From the NCBI RefSeq assembly GCF_031769215.1, contig NW_026782198.1, forward strand, positions 868,001 through 932,000: DNA of 64,000 bases. Reading direction: 5' to 3'. The stretch is from Ylistrum balloti (Eukaryota). A program made the translations under genes and the position numbers. Shown piece by piece: positions 13,880-25,690 of the stretch (position 1 is its first letter; the number at the start of each line of letters is the position of its first letter). The notes below the pieces were generated by a model. That model worked only from the letters and a program-made list of their open reading frames with translations. It had not been told where the DNA came from and ran no database searches.

Positions 13880-14560
13880 AACCGTTTGGTTTCTTCGTGC
13901 AGAGCAGGTTGTCCAGTTGGGAAATGCTTCCGGTTTTTGAACTATCGAATGATAAAGCAACGCATATGGAAAGGCAAGTCACTTATTTTAATTCCCAAAG
14001 TTCAGTCTTCAAAACACTTAGCTCGTTCAACTGCGGAGCCCGAGGGTTACATTCTTATTACAAGGCCGAACTCACTGGATAAGATTACGTGACATCAATA
14101 AATAGGTAAGTAAAGTTTAACCTGATATGAATTAAAGAGCACCCAACCACTGTTTCACCTTCTTCGATTTGTCTTTGATGGAGCGTATAATATTAGGAGA
14201 CGGCATAAGAAAGAGATAAGAAAGAAGTGTCCAAATTAAGATAAAAATTGACAGGGGGAGGTGCAGAAGCCAAATGATAAATGTACATTGCAAAATACCT
14301 ATACTGGATAGTGTCAAAATAACATCAGGTGCATGTACTCATCAAAATCGTTCTTCAGGTCGATCGCACTTTTCAGCAGTGGTGAGATATAACTGTTTTG
14401 AGGGATTTTTTGAAGGGACAATTTACTCAAATCTAGCAATGCTTTCCATCTTCTGCTTTTACAACTCTAGCCCCAAATCGCTCACAATTGCTTCCGTCAT
14501 TCGGGACTCAGAGGTGTTGGCCTAAAACAAAATCTGATTGGAAGTTTAACACCATCATCC
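13880..14560 (-). mobile_element. DIRS/Ngaro-like RT-RNaseH relic (tentative)
   Basis: Collinear decayed motifs across frames: RVVKAEDGK/ALLDLSKL, AIDLKND, LSFGFCTSP, KSKKVKQWLG, SFDSSKTG. Confidence 0.4.
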
Positions 14561-17339
14561 TTCCGTGGAGCAAATGTGCTATAAGGCCAGCCAAACAAGT
14601 CAGTGCAAACTAAATCAGATCTAGTGAGATATAGAATTGTCTCCAAACACCTCCGTCAGACCCGACAAACAAAATGGTCTGCGGTTTCAGACGAATGACT
14701 CTGCCCATCAACCTTTCAGCAAAAACCCCGTTAAGTCGTCTCCGAGATAATATCTAAGGAATTGAACAGCAGAGAAAAACATCAATTTTACTGTCAATTA
14801 AATCAATCTGATTGTTCTAAACAGCGCGGGGGAATACATTAGTAATGAATTACTAAAATACGACTTGTTTTCCTTGTGAGTTCTTGTAACGTCTAGTGAC
14901 GCGAAACCCCATCACTTGATGAAATTATCTATCTAGTATTGTCGAACGTACTTGTCGTTATAATGTCATTGGTTTTATAACGACTTCACTGTTTTATTGT
15001 TTGTCAAATCATTATCCTGTGTTCAATAGTTGCCGATATGCATAAGGTTTTTCTGTGATGTTTGGGATTATGAATAATGTACATCATGAAAATGTGACGC
15101 GTTCTCCATTGAATAATTTTCATAATTTATTCTCGATATACTCATAACTTCTGACTTTAGTCTAAATATGGCGGCCATTTTTTCCGGTTTGGACAGACGG
15201 TCGACATTAACATTAGAGAAATTTATTATAACGACATATTCCGATTCAATTTTCTTTATTTTCTTTGCGTCCAGCGAGTTTGAATGTAGGCCTTACATCA
15301 GAATATTAATAAACACAATATCCGTTACAGTAGTTGATATCTTCAGTCCAGGGATCAATTTCAGTTGATGATATCATAACGAAATAAATCATATCTCCTA
15401 CCTTTACTGGATAACTCAATATATAATGATACATAAATTCCAATCTCCATTTTAAAGACAACTTCGGACGAGCATCTTGTTATGATCTCTTGTCGATGCC
15501 TCCTCGATGTTCGTTGGTTATCGATCTACTTTTGTTAGCAAATATCTTTATCATTCAAAGATAGACATGAGGAATTTATGGTATGTGCACCAGGAATCAA
15601 TATAAACAACAATTTATACAGATACTCCACACAGACATTCATTTTAAGCCTTTTCATATGCCTCAACCTACATCCTGACCCGAAACTATCCACAACCTTA
15701 CCGAAAAGCATGTGACTGCGTCTCGTTTTAAAACCACAATTCATTATCAAATCTCCAGTATATGCATAAAACAGACGTATTATGTCTTAGACATGTATTT
15801 GATATCTTACTTTAACGATGTTTTCCTGCATTTAACATTCACAATGTTCGATCAGAAATATAGGTTTTGGCGTCATAGGATGATGTCGTCACAGATGACA
15901 ATAAGACAAAATGCCGTTGAAAGGACCGTAATATATTGATACTGATTATATTCCTGGTCTTCTCATTTTCGCTATTTTCAAGTCTTGGTTAAAATCACCA
16001 ATGAAATAATTGCAGAAAACTATTGTTTGCTTTTTAATATCAGAAATAATACATCATTTTTGCTTCAAAATTTCAGAAAACAATCATTTGAACAATCACC
16101 CTTAATAAGTAACTTCCAAACATGCAATACATCAGAAAGTGAAGTAGTACATGGAGACATTTGTCATTAAGTCATATGTAAGTGTGATAGGAAATAAGAC
16201 AAGATCATTGAATATCCTACCAAGATGAGCTTTCTCTGTCTATCTCACACAGGAGAAATTACTTATTTTAGTTTTATGCCAAAATCATGACTATTTAAAC
16301 TAGCTAAAGAAATGACTTGATGAACCGAAACAAATTTTCAAGTAGGAGTTTCATATAAGTTTCATAATAGTCAAAGCAAAACTGTTGCTTTGTTATGTAT
16401 ACATTAAAAAGAGGTTTTTCTGTAAACAATTTTGTTCATTTTTTGTTAAATTTATTCTTATTGAATTTGTGTTGTGTTATCGTCAATAAACCGAGATTGA
16501 TATTCCTATTCTTTATTCATGGTTCGATCCATTTCGCCGGTCCTCTTTGCATTGACGAGGTTTTGTATTGTCAAGCTGTTCCGATGAATCACGACTGTAG
16601 TTCCTGGAATTTTGTATAGATTTTACTGTAGAGACTGTGATTGAGCTACCTTTAATTATCTGTACGTATCAATACATATATTTATCATATTCCATTATAA
16701 TTTGTTTGTATCAATAACGCTCGACAATGTTTTATTTTCAGTTGTGTTTATTTTCAATATATAGAATGCACAATAGAAATCTACAACAAAGACACCAACA
16801 AGTGAATAGATTGTGTACGTCGAGTGAATGAATATTCATTTAATGCGCAATGTATTGTAGATTCACAACATCCGTTTTGTGGTAACGAAAGCAATGTCAA
16901 GAGCGCAGGGTCATGGACAGGTTAGTAATTTCTTTTACTTCTCATTCTCAAGGTGATTGTTTAAATACGCCAATAGTGACAAATGAAGGTTTCCATGCAA
17001 ATTGAGTAGTAATGGAGGGTGAATGAAGTAACTTCGCATAGTAATACGATACCTCACGCGATTAACAGTAAAATGTCGGAGTCAATGAATGAACCTCATA
17101 TCAATAAATTAGATTCATAATGTTTATAAAGAAATGCGTGCTTATTTCATCAATGATTGCATTAACAAATGAGAAACACAACGGAGTTTATCAATGGTCA
17201 ATAGTACCATTATAGTGGTGTTATGGTACAATAAAAAGCTATACAACATATGTACATCTGTCAGTAGTAGCGATACATGTTAGAGTATCATAGCACTATT
17301 GATAAACTACATATTTCTAACACTTAAAGCACGGCATTG

Positions 17340-17490
17340 TAATACAGTCATATGAATGGCATCAGGAATTCGGTGTTCTCGTAACTCAAATAGTGTAAAA
17401 GTCAGATATATTTCAGAATGCGACATTGCTTCGATAAGCATATTCTTTTCGATGAAGCAGAAAAAGCTTCTCCTTCAGGAACACCTGGTC
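17340..17490 (+). mobile_element. Penelope-like 3' fragment
   Basis: SYEWHQEF (like FYGRHHEL) followed by GATGAAGCAGAAAAAGCTTCTCCTTCAGGAACACCTGGTC. Confidence 0.55.
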
Positions 17491-19405
17491 TAAATATCAT
17501 TTTCCATTTTCATCAAGGGTCTCAATGCAAATCTTTATTCTATGCATATACTGCCCTCATTTTACGAATTTGGGGTTCGAATTAAAATTTCGACATGTTT
17601 GTGTTTGCGTCTGTGTTGATTTTTAATACATAAGAAGTGCGCTGTGATTAGTTGAGAAGTAGTCGATTCCCGTTAAGATAAGTCGTAGTCAAGTTTCTGA
17701 TTAAAGTTTGAACAAATCTCAGTTGGGTAGTAAAATGATGACATGACACGAAATTTGCTAAACTAAGGTGTCCTTAGGGACTTCATTGGCTGATAAAAAT
17801 ATCACGTGTGTGTCAATTTATTTCACCTGTTACAGCCATGTTGGCATTACATCAGGATTAAAGGCTGTAAACTTCGAACATAATTGTATTTTCGTGGATC
17901 ACTAAGGGGGTAGTAACATATGGTTTCCCCCTATGAATATTAGTGACAGACATCAAGTGCTTACCATCAGCATATGTGTTTAAATACACGCACGTCTATA
18001 GTCAAATTATACTGCTTCGACTACCACTCTACATGTTTTCTATATTTGGAATTCATTACCTTACACGTAATACACCTGCGCCACTTTAGCGACAAAAAGA
18101 CATTTTTTCAACTAAGCATGCATGTACTGTGCTGTTTGAGACTCCTTCCCGTTGTAAACATTTAGAATAAATATAGCTTTTTTGTATACATACTGGTCCT
18201 GAAATACAAAAAACAAACAAAAAACGCAAAAAACAAAAAAAACAAAAAACAAAAAACAAATAAAAAAAACACGTGTATGTCACAACTTGTATTTTATCAA
18301 GTAAAAAAGTAAACTCGTCTTAGCATTATCTAATGATACATTTACTATCGCGAGATTCAAGCTCTAAAAACGTCAAACGACTGTCTTTATGGGAGGGAAT
18401 ATTGTATAGGCAATAAGTTTGATTCACATCTATAAGCATATTTTACATGTTTTGTTTATGCTATGTGTTTTATCTCAATCTTTCCGTCTTATGAAAAAAT
18501 CAGATGTTTATCAAGCATTTTGTGGCGGTTAGGGTGCTTTTGTTCCACTGTGTATTCCAAATTTATTAAAATCGTACTCCGATGACAAGTTCTTTTCTGT
18601 CCTCATTGTTTTCATCATTGCAAGGTGATTTATCTCTTTTCTTAGTTTAGGTTCATATTCAAAATATATACAACCACCCTCTGTCATCATTCAATTTAGG
18701 AACAAATTTGTTACCGCGTAAGTAATTGCACTGTCAACGGTTTATGCCTTAAACATTCTTCAATTGACATTTCTTGAATTGATGAAACAGGATTTATTAA
18801 AACCTTGTATTTCAACTTCTATAACTATTTAATTTACAAAATTATCTATATGATATATACCTACTCAACACGCCTTACATGTATAAATAAATAATACAAT
18901 ATTGCTAAAACAAAAGTAGAAATATGAGTAGCCGGTTATTTCGTGAGAATTTGATTCGTAAAGTATGCAAATTTCTCGATTTTTTACATAAGATATCCAA
19001 TGTCCGCTTTCTAAGTTCTGTTGTTTCAATTACATGTACTTTTTTTATAGTAAATCAGATTGAACGAGATTTCATAATGCTTTATGCTTAATCATGCAAG
19101 AATTCTGAACCCTGTAACAAATAACCGGTAATCATGTACCATTTAATCTCTTCAAAACAACTGTATCGGAAATACCCCTGGATAATTTGAGAAAACTGGG
19201 TTAGATGCTTAAGTAGTACTTGATATCACTGATGAAATTTACAACGAAAATGTAAGCCCCGCGAAAATAGCCGACTATACGGCATTCATTTTTTAAAAAT
19301 CGTATTGCAAATTAATAATTGAAATTGTTCATAGACATCTTCATAAGTTATTTTTACTGATTTTATTGAATTATCGGACAAGTTCGCTTCCCCCTTCAAG
19401 ACCTT

Positions 19406-19449
19406 AATATCACTGCTGTGTCCTAGGAGGGCGAAACATCTGTATGAAG
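19406..19449 (+). ncRNA. hammerhead ribozyme relic, copy 3
   Basis: ATATCA-CTGCTGT-GTCC-tagga-GGGC-GAAA-CATCTG-TA-TGAAG. Confidence 0.6.
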
Positions 19450-19504
19450 AAGTTTAATTCATTATTAGGCTCTACTATATATATCTAACATTGCTAGAGA
19501 TCAA

Positions 19505-19860
19505 CATACCTTCGAAAACAGACTGGATTGTTTCTCTTGACAGCTGTCGAGGTCTTGCATGTGTATCACCATTGCACAATAGACTTTATATCTTATATCG
19601 TACTGCAAATAAATTGCTTTGGTCTCCTTTCTCTGTAAGATATCTCCATAGCTTCCTGTCTTGCAAAGAAATGGGTTGATTGTCTGATTTCAGTACCATT
19701 GCTTTCCTAGCAATATGGAGGGTTGTCCAAGTAAAAATAAATTTTCCTTAAGTTCGCATTGTCATCCCAATAATTATAGGATAGGTGACTTGGAAGGGCA
19801 TTATTGTTATTTAACCCAAAGAAGTAAGATAGCGAAATCAATCTGTCGATGTCCTGTTGT
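19505..19860 (-). pseudogene. decayed ORF with tentative STING ligand-binding-domain resemblance
   Basis: QQDIDRLISLSYFFG...ALP...RKIYFYLDNPPYC / ...SDNQPISLQDRKL...KGDQ...RYKI*SLLCNG...TIQSVFEGM, with one frameshift (about 19710) and one stop (19586-19588). Confidence 0.3.
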
Positions 19861-21623
19861 ATTTGTATTCATCGAAGGATATATCTTATATCAGTTTTCA
19901 TCTTTGTGATCACATTGGGATACCGGTTTGTTTAACGTCCTTTATTGCCAGACAATATTTTATGCTTTGTCATGATCATTGCGACGTACAATCATTAACG
20001 TCGGGGACCTGTCAATGATTATCTTTGGAAAGCAGAACCATTTCAACGCTTATTTCGTTGGGATGGCAAAAGCTTTAAAAAGGTGGAAAATATTTCATTG
20101 TACTTCATGAATTTTACTAAAAGTTCATGAGCCACAACAGTGCGTTACATTCTCCTAGATTTGTATAAACTTTAAATTGGATTTCTACAACATAGCACCG
20201 CGCGAGTGCCTTATTGTGCAATTCAGTAGTACGCTGACCTCTATTCCATCGTATGGCATCAATCAAAATTCATATAAGGCTGTCGTTGAATTTATTTTTT
20301 GTTTCCTTGCAGATGGGACGAGGGTATTAGAATAATGTCACTGTACAAAACTGTACACATGTGCTCGACGTCTTAAATCTATCAAATATATGGAAATTAC
20401 GAACTATCCTGAATGATATGGCTAGTGCAACTCCTCTTCTAGATCTTAACTTTTGTTTACTTCATTATTTGGCTGTACCGTATCTTATGTAAATTTGTAG
20501 TTAAAATTGATATTCACTTGTGTGTGTTTTTTTTCTCTCTCTCTCTCGCTCTCTCTTTTTTTCACGAATTTTGAAACAGTATATAATTTTTCATCAAAAA
20601 ACGGTAACAAAATGTCCTACCTATTACAGAAAATCAGAAGCTATATCAAATGTTTTCTCGTTGTTTACTTCAATTATGAAATCCTGCCTTCAACTACACT
20701 TCTGATATCCAGTAAGAAAATATTTGTGTCGGTATATGACTTTCCGTTGACGGTTACTACACGGTCGAACTCAAAGAAATCTAAATATAGTTTAGCGATT
20801 TTAAAATAGAAGCAATATTACCTATACGTGTGTATTAGTGATAGCTGACTGAAATGTGAACAATGTGAAATCCGCGATGTCCTGTGCTTTTCGTTTAGGA
20901 TTCAACACATAAGGAACCGGTAAATGTATGCAATAATGTATGTTTAACCATTGAAATAAATGCAAAAGTCACACAATAATTGTTTGAAACATATCTCGGT
21001 GACATAAATTACTATGCATCAAATACCAAAATATACTTGATTTGTTTTTAAATGGCCGAATTTTATTTTAACATAATAAAATCTCGCGATCTATACAAAA
21101 AGACAACTTAAACACGTGTTTCTCATTGTTTCAAGTGATTATGTAGTTGTGAAGCGATATGGTGAAAATATCGTCCTTGTGAAAATAGCTTGCTGCACTG
21201 TAAAGAAAATCCTGACCAGATAGAGAACTATCTTTAATCTATACTTAGTCATGTACTTCTTCATGATGAAAATGAGAAAATTTTGAAGAAATATATCCAT
21301 CAATATCAAAGGCTTTATATGATGCGATTACGATAATGAGAGCAGAAATATTTTAGGAGAAAAGAGTGCTTAGTCCGACTGTACAAAAGACATACTACAG
21401 ATTAAATCCACTTCATACAAATTTAGTATTAGATACAGATGCAAAGCCAAATACTCATTTAAACAACATCATACATTTTCTAGGACTGTTCGATGATGCT
21501 AAATCAGTAATAGTGAAATCGAGGAGATGACTGAGCTTACAGACGTCGAAATGCACGTTGGGATAACTTGAAGGAACGCAAAGAATGTATAAACATCAGA
21601 TTAATAAAACAGACATGAACTGG

Positions 21624-21812
21624 ATTTGTTTTGCTGTGTTAATCACCTTTTAACAGGGAGGTCATTTTGAGATGGAGTCTCCATGTAATAGCTGGTGCCT
21701 GCTCACTGAACAACATACGGAAGGCCTGAGATACTCGAGTAAAAGTGTCTTGCCCATGGTCACAGGTGGAGTTTCAAACCACAACTTCTATTCAAATCTC
21801 TTGAGCTATTGC
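21624..21812 (-). mobile_element. CORE-type tRNA-derived SINE
   Basis: Minus strand has TAGCTCAA (A box), GGTTTGAAAC (B-like box), TGTGACCATGGGCAAGACACTTT (core) and the shared tail. Confidence 0.7.
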
Positions 21813-22942
21813 AGTTTAATCAATAAGTAGAAGGAAATGGCTTTGGTCGGCTTTCCCTGTTTACCAATTTCAATTATCTGTAAGTTAACGTCAATAAAAC
21901 ATTCTGAAATTTAGTTATATGACCTTCGGAACATTAATAACTGGTTCAGGATTAAACCAATTAACTGTATATGGAGTTTTGTTAATTAAGCACATGTTAT
22001 AAAAAATACCAAATCACTTTATATTCCGCGAAGGCGTTTGTTGTTTACAGTTGCAATCCATTCTTTCGACATAATCATTGATAGTCTAGTCGCTTTCAAT
22101 GTATATTTGGAAACAGTGGCGGTGTTCAGTATACATTATCTACACATTTTCACATTGGTCTATCTTAATTGTGTTCTCTCAAAAATATCTGCGAGTTTGG
22201 TCAGTCTGTGTTTACGGTAACAGTAATCGGATTACAACAGTTTATAAAAGGAATATAAAATCTAACCGAGATTGATTGTTCTGGCGCCAGTGAAATTAGA
22301 AATCTTATTTTTATGTAAATATAATGAATAACATTAATGAAAAGCAGATCCTAGCCAACAACAAAAGTGTTCAGATTAAACGTTATGCAAACATGAACCT
22401 GTCATTCTATTTCATAGTTGAAAAAATAATGATAGTGTTCTTGTTTTCATAATCACTTTGTACATAAAGAAAATAATCTGGTGTTTTAAGTAGAATTTTA
22501 GACATGCCGCTTAGATCAAATATGATTTCTTATTGACCCATGTGCTTGACCCACTTAGATATGTTATCACAATATATTGTACCCAAAGCTTAAGCCAGGC
22601 TTTCTGAATAGTGTGATACATGTTTTATGATATCCCCGGGTCGAGAGGCTATCTGCAACATGCTATATGTATTTTGTATCAAATGATCTTTAAAATGTTT
22701 ATTTGAATTTTTTTTTCAATTTCATTAAAGAGTGTCGGTGGTGAAAGACAAGATATTACCTAAGTTAAAGTGTTTGCTTGTGTGTACAGCTTAGAAAAAC
22801 GCAGGTGAAAATTTGAATTTGCTTCATGACTTTTTTCTTACGTGTGTATCATTATATCATGGAAAACACTGAATTAACCGGATATACGGTATTCTTATTA
22901 CATTAAAAAAATATAATAAGTTCAAAATCATATACATATCAC

Positions 22943-23111
22943 CGAAAATACTGGAGAAAGTTTTACGGTCGTCATAGCGATCTTATCGCGCGATTGCCTA
23001 TTTCAGTGCGAAATATGAGAACGTGACATCACTGACTTAAAATGACCATGATTTCCATGGTTGGTGTCGTTGATGAAGCAGAAGACGCTTACTATTACGG
23101 GACACCTGGTC
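22943..23111 (+). mobile_element. Penelope-like 3' fragment
   Basis: RKFYGRHSDLIARLPISVRNMRT* followed by GGTGTCGTTGATGAAGCAGAAGACGCTTACTATTACGGGACACCTGGTC. Confidence 0.75.
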
Positions 23112-25654
23112 TAATTCTCCTTGTACTTCTTTAAGAAATTTGCGTTCAAAATCTTTCTTTTTTTTCATATTTTGCACTAGTTTTTATTTTCTTGTTGTTT
23201 ATTGACTCCTAACGCTATAATTGCTTCTGCTGGTTTATAGACCTTGGTGAAATAGCTCCTGAAAGATGCAGAACTTAATATTGCCTGATAATAACCAAAT
23301 ATCAAACTGGGATTTTTTTCTCCGTTTTATAACTTTCACATCACTTTCTTTTTATAGATTATCAATCATTTCAAAATCTATCAACATGGACATAATTGCT
23401 AGATGTGATAGTTTTTGGCTTTAGGTATTGATTTAGAAAAGTGATATTTATTTTGTTCATTAATAAAAGGACAGAAAAGATAACGAGGTTTATTCTCTTA
23501 TTAATTAGATCAATGTCGTAATTGTGTTGATTACCAGATATCGTATTACAGTGTCGCATTGGTGCCGGCTTTACATATATCTTATTATAATGATTGTTCT
23601 GATCTTGATGAAATTTCATAACCCAGTTAATGTAACCGATGTTAATAATGCTTTTCATAGTCAAGGTACTTTATATATTGATTATATAATCAACAGCGGG
23701 AAGGATATCAAAGTGACTTTATTTCCAGGTTCTATGACTCTTCTTTGTCTTCTTCTTTAAAAAAATAAAGCACGCGGATGCGCACTAGATCAAAATATAA
23801 CTAAGAATCATACATTTCAATGGCAAATGGATTCAAAATGTAATTGCAAATGTATATTCTTATCGGTATCACTAATCGAATGATTCATAAATGACATCAA
23901 GGTTACGGCAAATATCTTGGACTAAACTCACCAGCTGTTTCTAGCACCTGTACTCGCAAAGACTGTAATGTGCACCATACAGTTGTATCGTCCTTCTAAG
24001 AATGTTCAATTTTTGCTTCATACATATTGTTTTTGTTTGCGAAATGTCATTTTCCGTTTATGCGGAACTAATTAAAATTGACTATCTTCGTATATTCGAT
24101 TACATTCTGTAGAGTTTTTCTCTCAGTAAGTAATCGACCAACGACCCTTTGGGAAAAAACGACAGACACTATCTACGGATGTGAAAAAAAGTCTACAAAA
24201 AGACAAGTGAAAATCGATGAGTGGACCTTAACAAATTGATCTCCTGGAGACTCTATTGTCTGTGGCTAAACCTTATAAATTCATCTGTATTATTTCCTGG
24301 GGCTAGTTATAAGACAATGATTTAATTCGAGACAGACAGGTCATGACAGAGGAAACTTACCGTCATGCCATAGCCTCATTTTTCAGTGGAGTGGGTGACG
24401 TAACACAAAACGTGGAGACACAGCTTGTATTATAAATGCATGTAATAGAGTTGTTCAGAACGATACTCCTGTATAATTGATGGGGATATAAGGGGTTGGA
24501 TGTACTCTTCACATCATGATATTGTATTATTGTTACTCAGGCAACAGAAATCAAAGAAACTTGCTATCAAGCATTGTACCATTCCGAGCGTTATCGATTC
24601 ATCGTCTAGATTCAAATTCCGAAATTATATTATAAATGTAGTTAGAAATCAGTTCAAGTCTTTGTTGTCTCTCAAAGATCTTATCTGACAGAAATTTTGA
24701 ATCTTCTGTCACTTACAATGTAATCCTTATTTTGATATTGATTTTGGCCAATTTGATTGTCCAATGTCGATACCGAGGTTGCAAGACTTTAGGCCCTTTG
24801 CATTACTGACTAGTTCTAGAGAGGATAAAACAGCTATATGATGCAGTAAAATTCATTGTTTCGCTCTACTCAATCTTGTCTAAATAATCTCAATGGTGCT
24901 ATTAACTTGTTTGTCCTTTGTACAATCTTCAAGAAAACATGTGGTAGACACTGCTGGTGGAATACTATTGTAAACGCGAAGAGAATCCACGAGTTCAGTA
25001 ATCCACGATGGTTGCCGTAACCTGCATGCCACGGTTTATTCGGAATAGTAGCAGGTCACGGAATATACACATGTACATGACGTTGTTCCAAAGTTATCAG
25101 ATGTATGAAATATACGAAATTCACTCAATTGTTGGTGTTGTGGGCCTCACCATTGATATTCGAACATTTGATTCAATTGGATATTCGTCAGTCGACTCCT
25201 GAGTTTATCATTCAGGTCCCAAGCATCGCTGAGGAGTCCTGGAAGAATGAACAGCTTATTTATATACTTTTTAATCAATCGTTTGACATTACTGTAAGCT
25301 ATAAGAAGTTGAATCTAATATTGTTTTAAGCGACATTATTCACCCTTGTTTTGTCAATACAATCCTCTGAAGGTTCGTTTAGAAACTTAAAGCAATACAC
25401 GTACTTTTGCATGTTTATTGCTTTTCAGCAAAGTTTATATGACGGACTTAACTAACTACAGAATGTTATAGCAATGCTAGCATTAATCAGTTTTTTCCTC
25501 TTTTGAAATCGAACAGATGCAGATATAAGATTTTGATTGGTGGGAAATGTTTTTATCAAAGTTCTCTCAACCGACTTTCCAGACGATATATCGCGTCTTA
25601 ATGCAAAAATAAAATTGCAGTATGATACAGCCAAATATCCAAATGAACTTTAAT

Positions 25655-25690
25655 ATACAGCAATTTTGTCCTTCTCGGACTCGGCCTTGT
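25655..25690 (-). ncRNA. hammerhead ribozyme relic, copy 4
   Basis: Minus strand reads GGCCGA-GTCC-gagaa-GGAC-AAAA-TTGCTG-TA, and shares the upstream CCCATCT...TTCAACAATTTAAG with the other copies. Confidence 0.5.

Noticed and set aside
14274-14525. Sushi/CCP-like peptide (HCKIP...VVRYNCFEGF)
   Set aside because: It lacks the second half of the domain and splice sites; the opposite strand gives a longer collinear RT-like motif series.
23063-23111. SECIS element in the Penelope-like 3' motif
   Set aside because: ATGA is present, but there is no AA 11-13 nt downstream and the stem is too short for a canonical eukaryotic SECIS.
24500-24800. Mab-21/cGLR-like WP...GLH peptide on the minus strand
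   Set aside because: Motif spacing is wrong and no nucleotidyltransferase signature is present.
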